Part shown: positions 24,940 through 36,651 of the stretch, piece after piece
How the letters are laid out: every line of letters starts with the position of its first letter
Position numbering within the stretch: position 1 is the stretch's first letter
Assembly: GCF_048403405.1 (NCBI RefSeq)
Contig: NZ_CP183129.1
Source: Escherichia coli
Lineage (GTDB): Bacteria; Pseudomonadota; Gammaproteobacteria; Enterobacterales; Enterobacteriaceae
Length of the DNA: 64,000 nt
Direction: 5' to 3' (one strand)
Notes under the pieces: generated by a model
The model's database searches: none
Told to the model about the DNA's origin: nothing
What the model saw: the letters and a program-made list of their open reading frames with translations, nothing else
Position numbers and translations under genes: made by a program

Positions 24940-27900
24940 ATGAAAAAGTTACGCGTAGCCGCCTGCATGCTAATGCTGGCGCTGGCAGGGTGCGACAACA
25001 ACGATAACGCGCCAACAGCGGTGAAAAAAGATGCGCCTTCTGAAGTTACTAAAGCGGCTTCTTCAGAAAACGTGAGTTCAGCAAAACTTTCCGCGCCGGA
25101 GCGACAAAAACTGGCCCAACAGAGTGCCGGTAAGGCGCTGACATTGCTGGATCTCTCTGAAGTTCAACTTGATGGCGCAGCCACGCTGGTGCTGACGTTC
25201 TCCATTCCTCTCGACCCGGATCAGGATTTCTCACGCGTTATCCATGTCGTCGATAAGAAAAGCGGCAAAGTGGATGGTGCCTGGGAGCTGTCAGATAATC
25301 TTAAAGAGTTGCGTTTACGCCACCTCGAACCGAAACGTGATTTGATCGTCACTATTGGCAAGGAGGTCAAAGCACTCAACAACGCAACCTTCAGTAAAGA
25401 TTACGAAAAAACTATAACTACCCGCGATATCCAACCCAGCGTCGGTTTTGCCAGCCGTGGTTCGTTGTTACCTGGTAAAGTTATTGAAGGGCTGCCGGTA
25501 ATGGCGCTCAACGTTAACAATGTTGATGTTAACTTCTTCCGTGTGAAGCCCGAATCTCTGCCTGCATTCATTAGCCAATGGGAATACCGCAATTCGCTGG
25601 CGAACTGGCAGTCTGAAAAACTGCTGCAGATGGCGGATCTGGTTTATACCGGACGGTTTGATCTCAATCCTGCGCGTAACACCCGTGAAAAATTATTGCT
25701 GCCGCTGGGCGATATCAAACCGCTTCAGCAGGCAGGCGTGTATCTGGCTGTGATGAATCAGGCTGGGCGTTACGATTACAGTAATCCCGCGACGCTGTTT
25801 ACGTTAAGTGATATCGGCGTTTCAGCTCACCGTTATCACAATCGTCTGGATATCTTTACCCAAAGTCTGGAAAACGGCGCGGCCCAGCAAGGAATAGAAG
25901 TCTCTTTATTAAATGAGAAAGGGCAGACTCTGACTCAGGCAACCAGTGATGCTCAGGGGCATGTGCAGCTGGAAAATGATAAAAACGCGGCATTACTGCT
26001 GGCGCGTAAAGACGGTCAGACAACGCTACTCGATTTAAAACTTCCGGCGCTGGACTTAGCAGAATTTAACATTGCTGGCGCGCCAGGCTATAGCAAACAG
26101 TTTTTCATGTTTGGCCCGCGCGATCTTTATCGCCCTGGTGAAACAGTCATCCTCAATGGTTTATTGCGTGATGCAGATGGAAAAGCATTGCCCGATCAAC
26201 CCATCAAGTTAGACGTGATTAAACCCGACGGGCAGATACTCAGGAGCGTCGTTAGTCAGCCGGAGAATGGCCTCTACCACTTTACCTGGCCACTCGATAG
26301 CAATGCGGCAACCGGTATGTGGCATATTCGTGCTAACACGGGCGATAACCAGTACCGGATGTGGGATTTCCACGTCGAAGATTTTATGCCAGAGCGCATG
26401 GCGCTGAATCTGACTGGTGAGAAAACCCCGCTAACGCCGAAAGATGAAGTGAGATTTTCCGTGGTGGGGTACTACCTGTATGGTGCGCCTGCTAATGGTA
26501 ATACTTTGCAAGGGCAACTTTTCCTGCGCCCACTGCGTGAAGCTGTGTCAGCCTTACCTGGTTTCGAATTCGGCGATATAGCTGCCGAAAATCTTTCCCG
26601 CACGCTGGATGAAGTTCAGTTGACGCTGGATGATAAAGGGCGTGGCGAAGTTTCTACAGAAAGCCAGTGGAAGGAAACGCATTCCCCATTACAGGTTATT
26701 TTCCAGGGTAGTTTGTTGGAATCGGGCGGTCGCCCGGTGACGCGCCGCGCTGAGCAGGCTATCTGGCCTGCCGATGCATTGCCGGGGATCCGTCCGCAGT
26801 TCGCCTCGAAATCGGTTTACGATTATCGCACTGACAGCACGGTGAAACAGCCCATTGTTGATGAAGGCAGTAACGCCGCTTTTGACATCGTTTATAGCGA
26901 TGCGCAAGGCGTGAAAAAAGCCGTGTCGGGCTTGCAGGTGCGCCTGATTCGCGAACGCCGCGATTACTACTGGAACTGGTCAGAAGATGAAGGCTGGCAA
27001 TCACAGTTTGATCAAAAAGATCTGATTGAAAATGAACAAACTCTGGATCTGAAAGCGGACGAAACCGGCAAGGTCAGTTTCCCGGTAGAGTGGGGCGCTT
27101 ATCGTCTGGAAGTCAAAGCGCCGAATGAAGCGGTCAGTAGTGTGCGTTTCTGGGCTGGCTATAGCTGGCAGGACAACAGCGACGGTAGCGGCGCAGTGCG
27201 TCCGGACCGTGTCACGCTGAAACTGGATAAAGCCAGTTATCGCCCGGGCGACACCATTAAGTTGCATATCGCCGCGCCAACGGCGGGTAAAGGTTATGCG
27301 ATGGTCGAGTCCAGTGAAGGGCCGCTGTGGTGGCAAGAGATTGATGTTCCGGCTCAAGGGCTGGATCTGACGATTCCGGTCGATAAAACCTGGAATCGTC
27401 ATGATTTGTATTTAAGTACGCTGGTGGTACGTCCTGGCGATAAATCTCGCTCTGCGACGCCAAAACGCGCAGTTGGGGTGTTGCATCTGCCGCTTGGCGA
27501 TGAAAACCGTCGTCTCGATCTGGCGCTGGAAACCCCCACCAAAATGCGCCCCAATCAGCCATTAACCGTGAAAATTAAAGCCAGCAATAAAAATGGTGAG
27601 ATGCCAAAACAGGTGAATGTGCTGGTGTCTGCCGTTGATAGCGGTGTGCTGAATATTACTGATTACGTTACCCCCGATCCGTGGCAGGCGTTCTTTGGTC
27701 AGAAACGCTATGGTGCAGACATTTACGATATTTACGGTCAGGTCATTGAAGGTCAGGGGCGTCTGGCAGCTCTGCGTTTTGGTGGCGATGGTGATGAGCT
27801 GAAACGTGGTGGTAAACCGCCGGTCAATCACGTCAATATTGTCGCGCAGCAGGCGCTGCCGGTAACGCTCAACGAACAGGGCGAAGGCTCGGTTACACTG

Positions 27901-29901
27901 CCGATTGGCGATTTTAACGGTGAATTGCGCGTCATGGCGCAAGCCTGGACGGCAGATGACTTCGGTAGCAACGAAAGCAAAGTGATAGTTGCCGCACCGG
28001 TGATTGCTGAACTGAACATGCCGCGCTTTATGGCGAGTGGCGATACCTCGCGTCTGACGCTGGATATCACTAATCTTACCGATAAACCGCAAAAACTGAA
28101 CGTTGCCCTGACCGCCAGTGGTTTGCTTGAACTGGTCAGCGTTTCACCCGCAGCCGTTGAATTAGCGCCAGGTGTGCGTACTACGCTGTTTATCCCGGTG
28201 CGAGCATTGCCGGGTTATGGCGATGGAGAAATTCAGGCCACCATTAGCGGGTTAGCGTTACCGGGTGAAACCGTTGCCGATCAGCATAAGCAGTGGAAAA
28301 TCGGCGTCCGTCCGGCGTTCCCGGCACAAACGGTTAATTACGGTACGGCGTTACAGCCTGGTGAGACATGGGCGATTCCGGCGGATGGATTGCAAAACTT
28401 CTCGCCTGTTACGCTGGAAGGGCAATTGTTGTTGAGCGGCAAACCACCGCTGAACATCGCACATTATATCAAAGAGTTAAAAGCGTATCCGTACGGGTGT
28501 CTTGAGCAAACCGCCAGCGGCCTGTTCCCGTCACTTTATACCAACGCAGCCCAACTGCAGGCGTTGGGCATCAAAGGCGACAGTGATGAGAAACGCCGTG
28601 CATCGGTCGATATCGGCGTTTCCCGTTTGCTGCAAATGCAACGTGATAACGGCGGCTTTGCGCTGTGGGATAAAAACGGTGACGAAGAGTACTGGCTGAC
28701 GGCTTACGTGATGGATTTCCTGGTCCGCGCAGGTGAGCAGGGGTACAGCGTGCCGACAGACGTCATTAACCGGGGAAATGAGCGTCTGCTGCGCTATTTA
28801 CAAGATCCGGGCATGATGTCGATCCCGTACGCGGATAATCTCAAAGCCAGTAAATTCGCCGTACAGTCTTACGCTGCGCTGGTGCTGGCCCGTCAGCAAA
28901 AAGCTCCACTGGGTGCGCTGCGTGAAATCTGGGAGCATCGTGCAGATGCCGCTTCTGGTTTACCGCTGCTGCAACTTGGCGTTGCGCTGAAAACCATGGG
29001 TGATGCGACGCGTGGTGAAGAAGCAATTGCGTTGGCGCTGAAAACGCCGCGTAATAGTGATGAGCGGATATGGCTGGGTGATTACGGTAGTCCACTGCGC
29101 GACAACGCGTTGATGCTCTCCTTGCTGGAAGAAAATAAACTGCTACCCGATGAGCAGAACACTTTGCTGAACACGCTTTCGCAGCAGGCATTTGGTGAAC
29201 GCTGGCTATCGACCCAGGAAAGCAACGCGTTGTTCCTGGCTGCCCGTACGATTCAGGATTTACCGGGTAAATGGCAGGCGCAAACCTCTTTCTCAGCTGA
29301 GCCGCTGACAGGCGAGAAAACGCTAAACAGCAATCTGAATAGCGATCAACTTGCCACCTTGCAGGTGACCAACAGTGGCGATCAGCCGTTATGGCTGCGT
29401 GTGGATGCCAGCGGTTATCCGCAATCCGCACCTTTACCGGCGAACAATGTGCTGCAAATCGAGCGTCATATTCTTGGTACTGATGGTAAGAGTAAATCGC
29501 TGGACTCGTTACGTAGCGGCGATCTGGTGCTGGTCTGGTTGCAGGTAAAAGCCAGTAACAGCGTGCCGGATGCGTTAGTCGTGGATCTGCTGCCTGCGGG
29601 TCTGGAACTGGAAAACCAGAATCTGGCGAACGGTAGCGCCAGCCTGGAGCAAAGTGGTGGCGAAGTGCAAAACTTACTGAACCAGATGCAGCAGGCGAGC
29701 ATTAAGCACATTGAGTTCCGTGATGATCGCTTTGTGGCGGCGGTTGCCGTTGATGAATACCAACCGGTAACGCTGGTGTATCTGGCGCGGGCGGTGACGC
29801 CGGGAACGTATCAGGTACCGCAACCGATGGTGGAATCAATGTATGTTCCCCAATGGCGGGCGACCGGCGCGGCTGAAGATTTGCTGATTGTCAGACCGTA
29901 A
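24940..29901 (+). CDS. yfhM: Alpha-2-macroglobulin family lipoprotein
   Basis: 1653 aa, lipobox LAGC after signal peptide; thioester-type CLEQ motif (YPYGCLEQTASG). Confidence 0.93.
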   Translation: MKKLRVAACMLMLALAGCDNNDNAPTAVKKDAPSEVTKAASSENVSSAKLSAPERQKLAQQSAGKALTLLDLSEVQLDGAATLVLTFSIPLDPDQDFSRVIHVVDKKSGKVDGAWELSDNLKELRLRHLEPKRDLIVTIGKEVKALNNATFSKDYEKTITTRDIQPSVGFASRGSLLPGKVIEGLPVMALNVNNVDVNFFRVKPESLPAFISQWEYRNSLANWQSEKLLQMADLVYTGRFDLNPARNTREKLLLPLGDIKPLQQAGVYLAVMNQAGRYDYSNPATLFTLSDIGVSAHRYHNRLDIFTQSLENGAAQQGIEVSLLNEKGQTLTQATSDAQGHVQLENDKNAALLLARKDGQTTLLDLKLPALDLAEFNIAGAPGYSKQFFMFGPRDLYRPGETVILNGLLRDADGKALPDQPIKLDVIKPDGQILRSVVSQPENGLYHFTWPLDSNAATGMWHIRANTGDNQYRMWDFHVEDFMPERMALNLTGEKTPLTPKDEVRFSVVGYYLYGAPANGNTLQGQLFLRPLREAVSALPGFEFGDIAAENLSRTLDEVQLTLDDKGRGEVSTESQWKETHSPLQVIFQGSLLESGGRPVTRRAEQAIWPADALPGIRPQFASKSVYDYRTDSTVKQPIVDEGSNAAFDIVYSDAQGVKKAVSGLQVRLIRERRDYYWNWSEDEGWQSQFDQKDLIENEQTLDLKADETGKVSFPVEWGAYRLEVKAPNEAVSSVRFWAGYSWQDNSDGSGAVRPDRVTLKLDKASYRPGDTIKLHIAAPTAGKGYAMVESSEGPLWWQEIDVPAQGLDLTIPVDKTWNRHDLYLSTLVVRPGDKSRSATPKRAVGVLHLPLGDENRRLDLALETPTKMRPNQPLTVKIKASNKNGEMPKQVNVLVSAVDSGVLNITDYVTPDPWQAFFGQKRYGADIYDIYGQVIEGQGRLAALRFGGDGDELKRGGKPPVNHVNIVAQQALPVTLNEQGEGSVTLPIGDFNGELRVMAQAWTADDFGSNESKVIVAAPVIAELNMPRFMASGDTSRLTLDITNLTDKPQKLNVALTASGLLELVSVSPAAVELAPGVRTTLFIPVRALPGYGDGEIQATISGLALPGETVADQHKQWKIGVRPAFPAQTVNYGTALQPGETWAIPADGLQNFSPVTLEGQLLLSGKPPLNIAHYIKELKAYPYGCLEQTASGLFPSLYTNAAQLQALGIKGDSDEKRRASVDIGVSRLLQMQRDNGGFALWDKNGDEEYWLTAYVMDFLVRAGEQGYSVPTDVINRGNERLLRYLQDPGMMSIPYADNLKASKFAVQSYAALVLARQQKAPLGALREIWEHRADAASGLPLLQLGVALKTMGDATRGEEAIALALKTPRNSDERIWLGDYGSPLRDNALMLSLLEENKLLPDEQNTLLNTLSQQAFGERWLSTQESNALFLAARTIQDLPGKWQAQTSFSAEPLTGEKTLNSNLNSDQLATLQVTNSGDQPLWLRVDASGYPQSAPLPANNVLQIERHILGTDGKSKSLDSLRSGDLVLVWLQVKASNSVPDALVVDLLPAGLELENQNLANGSASLEQSGGEVQNLLNQMQQASIKHIEFRDDRFVAAVAVDEYQPVTLVYLARAVTPGTYQVPQPMVESMYVPQWRATGAAEDLLIVRP

Positions 29902-32214
29902 ATGCCTCGCTTGTTAACCAAACGCGGCTGCTGGATAACGCTGGCAGCTGCGCCATTTCTCCTTTTTCTTGCAGCGTGGGGAGCAGATAAACTCTGGCCT
30001 CTACCGCTGCATGAAGTCAATCCCGCACGAGTGGTTGTGGCGCAGGATGGGACGCCGCTCTGGCGCTTTGCCGATGCGGAAGGCATCTGGCGTTATCCGG
30101 TAACAATCGAAGATGTTTCTCCACGTTACCTTGAAGCGCTGATCAATTATGAAGATCGCTGGTTCTGGAAGCATCCGGGGGTGAATCCATTCTCGGTGGC
30201 GCGCGCAGCATGGCAAGATCTCACTTCGGGAAGGGTTATTTCCGGTGGCAGCACGCTCACTATGCAGGTTGCTCGTCTGCTTGATCCTCACCCCAAAACA
30301 TTTGGCGGCAAAATTCGCCAGCTCTGGCGCGCGTTGCAACTGGAGTGGCATCTGTCTAAGCGTGAAATTCTTATCTTGTATCTTAACCGCGCTCCGTTTG
30401 GCGGTACGTTGCAGGGGATCGGTGCGGCAAGTTGGGCTTATCTCGGAAAATCGCCTGCGAATTTAAGCTATTCCGAGGCGGCAATGCTGGCGGTGTTACC
30501 GCAAGCGCCCAGCCGTCTTCGCCCGGATCGTTGGCCGGAGCGTGCCGAAGCCGCGCGTAATAAAGTGCTCGAACGGATGGCTGCGCAAGGTGTGTGGTCC
30601 CGTGAGCAGGTAAAAGAGTCAAGGGAAGAACCCATCTGGCTGGCACCCCGACAAATGCCGCAACTGGCACCGCTGTTTTCGCGCATGATGCTCGGTAAAA
30701 GCAAAAGCGACAAAATCGTTACTACGCTGGATGCCGGTCTTCAACGACGTCTGGAAGAACTGGCGCAAAACTGGAAAGGACGATTGCCGGCGCGCAGCTC
30801 ACTGGCGATGATCGTGGTTGATCATACCGATATGTGTGTTCGCGGCTGGGTGGGATCGGTAGATCTCAACGATGATTCACGCTTTGGTCATGTTGATATG
30901 GTCAATGCGATCCGATCGCCAGGATCGGTGCTCAAACCGTTTGTTTATGGTCTGGCGCTGGATGAAGGCTTGATCCACCCGGCATCACTGCTGCAAGACG
31001 TCCCCCGGCGCACCGGTGATTATCGACCAGGTAACTTTGATAGCGGTTTTCATGGCCCGATCAGCATGAGCGAGGCGCTGGTGCGCTCGCTGAATTTACC
31101 AGCTGTGCAGGTGCTGGAAGCCTATGGACCGAAACGGTTTGCAGCAAAATTACGCAATGTTGGATTGCCGTTGTATCTGCCCAACGGCGCTGCGCCGAAT
31201 CTTTCGCTCATTCTCGGCGGCGCTGGTGCAAAACTGGGGGATATGGCGGCGGCCTATACCGCGTTTGCTCGCCACGGCAAGGCAGGTAAATTGCGCTTAC
31301 AGCCTGACGATCCGCTGCTTGAACGGCCTTTAATGTCGTCGGGGGCGGCGTGGATCATTCGCCGGATTATGGCTGATGAAGCGCAACCCTTACCGGATAG
31401 TGCCTTGCCGCGCGTCGCCCCACTGGCATGGAAAACGGGCACCAGCTATGGCTATCGTGATGCCTGGGCGATTGGGGTTAACGCTCGCTATGTTATTGGG
31501 ATCTGGACTGGCAGACCGGACGGCACGCCCGTTGTTGGTCAGTTTGGCTTTGCCAGTGCCGTACCATTGTTGAATCAGGTCAATAATATCTTACTGTCGC
31601 GCAGTGCGAATCTGCCGGAAGACCCGCGCCCGAACTCAGTCACTCGTGGCGTTATCTGCTGGCCAGGCGGACAGTCTTTGCCGGAAGGTGACGGTAACTG
31701 TCGCCGCCGCCTGGCAACCTGGCTGCTGGACGGGAGTCAGCCGCCAACTCTATTACTGCCGGAGCAGGAAGGCATTAATGGCATTCGTTTCCCCATCTGG
31801 CTGGATGAAAACGGCAAACGTGTTGCCGCTGATTGCCCTCAGGCGCGACAAGAAATGATAAATGTCTGGCCGCTACCGCTGGAACCCTGGTTGCCCGCAT
31901 CAGAACGCCGCGCTGTGCGCTTACCACCGGCCTCGACAATTTGCCCGCCATACGGTCACGATGCACAACTCCCACTGCAGCTGACAGGTGTTCGCGATGG
32001 CGCGATTATTAAACGTTTACCGGGGGCAGCGGAAGCGACTTTGCCGTTGCAATCAAGTGGAGGGGCAGGTGAACGCTGGTGGTTTCTGAATGGCGAACCG
32101 CTAACTGAACGCGGGCGCAACGTGACCCTGCATTTGACGGACAAAGGCGATTATCAATTGCTGGTGATGGATGAGGTGGGGCAAATAGCAGCAGTGAAAT
32201 TTGTCATGCAATAG
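29902..32214 (+). CDS. pbpC: Penicillin-binding protein 1C (glycosyltransferase/transpeptidase)
   Basis: 770 aa, starts immediately after yfhM stop; PBP module. Confidence 0.92.
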   Translation: MPRLLTKRGCWITLAAAPFLLFLAAWGADKLWPLPLHEVNPARVVVAQDGTPLWRFADAEGIWRYPVTIEDVSPRYLEALINYEDRWFWKHPGVNPFSVARAAWQDLTSGRVISGGSTLTMQVARLLDPHPKTFGGKIRQLWRALQLEWHLSKREILILYLNRAPFGGTLQGIGAASWAYLGKSPANLSYSEAAMLAVLPQAPSRLRPDRWPERAEAARNKVLERMAAQGVWSREQVKESREEPIWLAPRQMPQLAPLFSRMMLGKSKSDKIVTTLDAGLQRRLEELAQNWKGRLPARSSLAMIVVDHTDMCVRGWVGSVDLNDDSRFGHVDMVNAIRSPGSVLKPFVYGLALDEGLIHPASLLQDVPRRTGDYRPGNFDSGFHGPISMSEALVRSLNLPAVQVLEAYGPKRFAAKLRNVGLPLYLPNGAAPNLSLILGGAGAKLGDMAAAYTAFARHGKAGKLRLQPDDPLLERPLMSSGAAWIIRRIMADEAQPLPDSALPRVAPLAWKTGTSYGYRDAWAIGVNARYVIGIWTGRPDGTPVVGQFGFASAVPLLNQVNNILLSRSANLPEDPRPNSVTRGVICWPGGQSLPEGDGNCRRRLATWLLDGSQPPTLLLPEQEGINGIRFPIWLDENGKRVAADCPQARQEMINVWPLPLEPWLPASERRAVRLPPASTICPPYGHDAQLPLQLTGVRDGAIIKRLPGAAEATLPLQSSGGAGERWWFLNGEPLTERGRNVTLHLTDKGDYQLLVMDEVGQIAAVKFVMQ

Positions 32215-32362
32215 TCTGTTTTGTCCCTGATTGTTGCTTAAACTAGGTTTATTTTAAAAAAATGTTACCTTCATCAATAGTCAACGGCCCTGTTGCTCAT
32301 TATAATCCGCGCCATCTCGTACGCTGGTACAGACAACAACAGAACAATTTACAGAGGTAAAA

Positions 32363-32794
32363 ATGGCTATTGAACGTACTTTTTCCATCATCAAACCGAA
32401 CGCGGTAGCAAAAAACGTCATAGGTAATATCTTTGCGCGCTTTGAAGCTGCAGGGTTCAAAATTGTCGGCACCAAAATGCTGCACCTGACCGTTGAACAG
32501 GCTCGTGGCTTTTATGCTGAACACGATGGAAAACCGTTCTTTGATGGTCTGGTTGAATTCATGACCTCTGGCCCGATCGTGGTTTCCGTGCTGGAGGGTG
32601 AAAACGCCGTTCAGCGTCACCGCGATCTGCTGGGCGCGACCAATCCGGCAAACGCACTGGCCGGTACTCTGCGTGCTGATTACGCTGACAGCCTGACCGA
32701 AAATGGTACCCACGGTTCTGATTCCGTCGAATCTGCCGCTCGCGAAATCGCTTATTTCTTCGGCGAAGGCGAAGTGTGCTCGCGCACCCGTTAA
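32363..32794 (+). CDS. ndk: Nucleoside diphosphate kinase
   Basis: 143 aa, active-site NGTHGSDS. Confidence 0.96.
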   Translation: MAIERTFSIIKPNAVAKNVIGNIFARFEAAGFKIVGTKMLHLTVEQARGFYAEHDGKPFFDGLVEFMTSGPIVVSVLEGENAVQRHRDLLGATNPANALAGTLRADYADSLTENGTHGSDSVESAAREIAYFFGEGEVCSRTR

Positions 32795-32943
32795 TAATTT
32801 CGTAAATGCCGCGTGCAAACGTGGCATCCGTGCGCCAGAATTTGTACAATGCAGCGCCCCCGGACGAGCAGCCGCTCACCGGGGCGTTTCTTTTTTCAAC
32901 CCTCCAGGGGCCATAACGTGTAATAACGAGGCCGGAATAGCAT

Positions 32944-34098
32944 ATGTCTGAACAATTAGTCACACCTGAAAACGTCACCACGAAAGATGGAAAAATCAAC
33001 CTGCTGGATCTCAACCGTCAGCAGATGCGGGAGTTTTTTAAAGATTTAGGTGAAAAACCCTTCCGCGCCGATCAGGTGATGAAGTGGATGTATCACTATT
33101 GCTGCGACAACTTTGATGAGATGACCGACATCAACAAAGTGTTGCGCGGCAAACTGAAAGAGGTGGCGGAGATCCGCGCACCGGAAGTGGTTGAAGAACA
33201 GCGTTCATCTGACGGCACCATTAAATGGGCAATTGCCGTTGGCGATCAGCGCGTCGAAACGGTGTATATCCCGGAAGACGACCGTGCCACGCTCTGCGTC
33301 TCTTCGCAGGTGGGGTGTGCGCTGGAGTGTAAATTCTGTTCCACCGCCCAGCAGGGCTTTAACCGCAACCTGCGGGTATCGGAAATTATCGGCCAGGTGT
33401 GGCGTGCAGCGAAAATCGTCGGCGCAGCAAAAGTCACCGGTCAGCGTCCAATCACTAACGTAGTGATGATGGGCATGGGCGAGCCGCTGCTCAACCTGAA
33501 CAATGTCGTTCCGGCGATGGAAATCATGCTTGATGATTTCGGTTTTGGCCTGTCTAAACGTCGCGTGACGCTTTCCACTTCCGGTGTAGTTCCGGCGCTG
33601 GATAAACTGGGCGATATGATCGACGTTGCACTGGCAATTTCCCTGCACGCGCCGAACGACGAAATTCGTGACGAAATTGTGCCGATCAACAAAAAGTACA
33701 ATATCGAAACGTTCCTTGCTGCGGTACGCCGTTATCTGGAGAAATCCAACGCCAATCAGGGCCGAGTCACTATTGAATACGTGATGCTTGACCACGTTAA
33801 CGACGGCACTGAACACGCGCACCAACTGGCGGAGCTACTGAAAGATACGCCGTGTAAGATCAACCTGATCCCGTGGAACCCGTTCCCTGGCGCGCCGTAT
33901 GGACGCAGTTCGAACAGCCGTATCGACCGTTTCTCAAAAGTGCTGATGAGCTACGGTTTCACCACTATTGTGCGTAAAACTCGTGGTGATGATATCGATG
34001 CTGCCTGTGGTCAGTTGGCGGGCGATGTTATCGACCGTACGAAACGTACCCTGCGTAAACGGATGCAGGGTGAAGCCATCGATATTAAAGCGGTCTGA
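32944..34098 (+). CDS. rlmN: 23S rRNA/tRNA adenine-C2 methyltransferase, radical SAM
   Basis: 384 aa, radical-SAM CxxxCxxC ([10 protein letters not shown]). Confidence 0.95.
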
Positions 34099-34101
34099 TA
34101 G

Positions 34102-34147
34102 CCATTACGCCACGGTTACTTTATGTACCGTGGCGTAATCTTTTATG
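34102..34147 (+). terminator. Rho-independent terminator after rlmN
   Basis: attacgccacgg...ccgtggcgtaat hairpin followed by CTTTT. Confidence 0.6.
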
Positions 34148-34382
34148 AATGAAGTATTAAGTTGCAATTGTCTGGTCAATATTAACGGTGCGTTTTTGCT
34201 GACTTTAAGGCAGTATGTAACGATGCAACAGTAAGTTAGCCTTAGTGAATGTGGGCTTTGTCACGAGCACACAGACGGTCTTATACTGTATGATAACGGT
34301 TAACTTAACGGATGTTTCGCGGTGTGGGTGAGCATGATGGTTCACCGGCATCTCAATTCTCATTTAAACGTACCTGCAGCGA

Positions 34383-35396
34383 ATGAATACTGAAGCCACG
34401 CACGACCAAAATGAAGCACTTACTACCGGCGCTCGCCTGCGTAATGCTCGCGAACAACTAGGACTTAGTCAGCAGGCCGTTGCCGAGCGACTTTGCCTGA
34501 AGGTTTCCACGGTACGCGACATTGAAGAAGATAAGGCACCCGCCGATCTTGCTTCAACATTCCTGCGCGGATATATCCGCTCTTATGCGCGTCTGGTACA
34601 TATTCCAGAAGAAGAACTGCTGCCAGGGCTGGAAAAGCAGGCTCCACTTCGGGCTGCAAAAGTTGCGCCGATGCAGAGTTTTTCCCTCGGTAAACGCCGC
34701 AAAAAACGCGACGGCTGGCTGATGACCTTCACCTGGCTGGTGTTGTTTGTGGTTATCGGCCTGAGCGGTGCCTGGTGGTGGCAAGACCACAAAGCTCAGC
34801 AGGAAGAGATCACCACTATGGCCGATCAATCTTCGGCGGAATTGAGCAGTAATAGCGAGCAGGGGCAGAGTGTTCCGTTAAATACGTCGACAACTACAGA
34901 CCCGGCTACAACGTCCACGCCGCCAGCGTCTGTGGATACTACCGCAACCAACACGCAAACACCTGCCGTAACTGCGCCAGCACCAGCTGTTGATCCGCAA
35001 CAGAATGCGGTTGTTTCGCCTTCGCAGGCAAATGTTGATACCGCCGCGACCCCGGCACCAACGGCAACAACAACGCCAGATGGTGCTGCGCCGTTGCCAA
35101 CCGATCAGGCTGGCGTGACCACGCCGGCGGCTGATCCGAATGCGCTGGTGATGAACTTTACTGCCGATTGCTGGCTGGAGGTCACTGATGCTACCGGTAA
35201 AAAACTGTTTAGCGGGATGCAGCGTAAAGACGGTAATTTGAATTTAACCGGCCAGGCACCGTATAAACTGAAAATTGGTGCGCCAGCCGCAGTACAGATC
35301 CAGTATCAAGGGAAACCTGTCGATCTGAGTCGTTTTATCAGAACTAACCAGGTTGCGCGTCTGACCCTCAATGCCGAACAATCACCGGCGCAGTAA
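34383..35396 (+). CDS. rodZ: Cytoskeleton protein RodZ
   Basis: 337 aa, N-terminal HTH, single TM, Pro/Thr-rich linker. Confidence 0.93.
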   Translation: MNTEATHDQNEALTTGARLRNAREQLGLSQQAVAERLCLKVSTVRDIEEDKAPADLASTFLRGYIRSYARLVHIPEEELLPGLEKQAPLRAAKVAPMQSFSLGKRRKKRDGWLMTFTWLVLFVVIGLSGAWWWQDHKAQQEEITTMADQSSAELSSNSEQGQSVPLNTSTTTDPATTSTPPASVDTTATNTQTPAVTAPAPAVDPQQNAVVSPSQANVDTAATPAPTATTTPDGAAPLPTDQAGVTTPAADPNALVMNFTADCWLEVTDATGKKLFSGMQRKDGNLNLTGQAPYKLKIGAPAAVQIQYQGKPVDLSRFIRTNQVARLTLNAEQSPAQ

Positions 35397-35422
35397 CAGA
35401 CGGGTAACGCGGGAGATTTTTC

Positions 35423-36541
35423 ATGCATAACCAGGCTCCAATTCAACGTAGAAAATCAACACGTATTTACGTTGGGAATGTGCCGATTGGCGATGGTGCT
35501 CCCATCGCCGTACAGTCCATGACCAATACGCGTACGACAGACGTCGAAGCAACGGTCAATCAAATCAAGGCGTTGGAACGTGTTGGCGCTGATATCGTCC
35601 GTGTCTCAGTACCGACGATGGACGCGGCAGAAGCGTTCAAACTCATCAAACAGCAGGTTAACGTGCCGCTGGTGGCTGACATCCACTTCGACTATCGCAT
35701 TGCGCTGAAAGTAGCGGAATACGGCGTCGATTGTCTGCGTATTAACCCTGGCAATATCGGTAATGAAGAGCGTATTCGCATGGTGGTTGACTGTGCGCGC
35801 GATAAAAACATTCCGATCCGTATTGGCGTTAACGCCGGATCGCTGGAAAAAGATCTGCAAGAAAAGTATGGCGAACCGACGCCGCAGGCGTTGCTGGAAT
35901 CCGCCATGCGTCATGTTGATCATCTCGATCGCTTGAACTTCGATCAGTTCAAAGTCAGCGTGAAAGCGTCAGACGTCTTCCTCGCTGTTGAGTCTTATCG
36001 TTTGCTGGCAAAACAGATCGATCAGCCGCTGCATCTGGGTATCACAGAAGCCGGTGGTGCGCGCAGCGGGGCGGTTAAATCCGCCATTGGTTTAGGTCTG
36101 CTGCTGTCTGAAGGCATTGGCGACACGCTGCGCGTATCGCTGGCGGCCGATCCGGTTGAAGAGATCAAAGTCGGTTTCGATATTTTGAAATCGCTACGTA
36201 TCCGTTCGCGCGGGATCAACTTCATTGCCTGCCCGACCTGTTCGCGTCAGGAGTTTGATGTTATCGGTACGGTTAACGCGTTGGAGCAACGCCTGGAAGA
36301 TATCATCACTCCAATGGACGTTTCGATTATCGGCTGCGTGGTGAATGGCCCAGGTGAGGCGCTGGTTTCTACACTCGGCGTCACCGGCGGTAACAAGAAA
36401 AGCGGCCTCTATGAAGATGGCGTGCGCAAAGACCGTCTGGACAACAACGATATGATCGACCAGTTGGAAGCACGCATTCGTGCGAAAGCCAGTCAGCTGG
36501 ACGAAGCGCGTCGAATTGACGTTCAGCAGGTTGAAAAATAA
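35423..36541 (+). CDS. ispG: 4-hydroxy-3-methylbut-2-en-1-yl diphosphate synthase
   Basis: 372 aa; C-terminal Cys cluster CPTCSR...GCVVNGPGE. Confidence 0.95.
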
Positions 36542-36651
36542 TAACGTGATGGGAAGCGCCTCGCTTCCCGTGTATGATTGACCCCGCATGGCTCCCGAAA
36601 CATTGAGGGAAGCATTGAGGGTTCATTTTTATATTCAGAAAGAGAATAAAC

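Noticed and set aside
34150-34380. 29-aa plus-strand ORF in the rlmN-rodZ intergenic region
   Set aside because: No convincing RBS, and the region is better explained as the rodZ promoter and leader.
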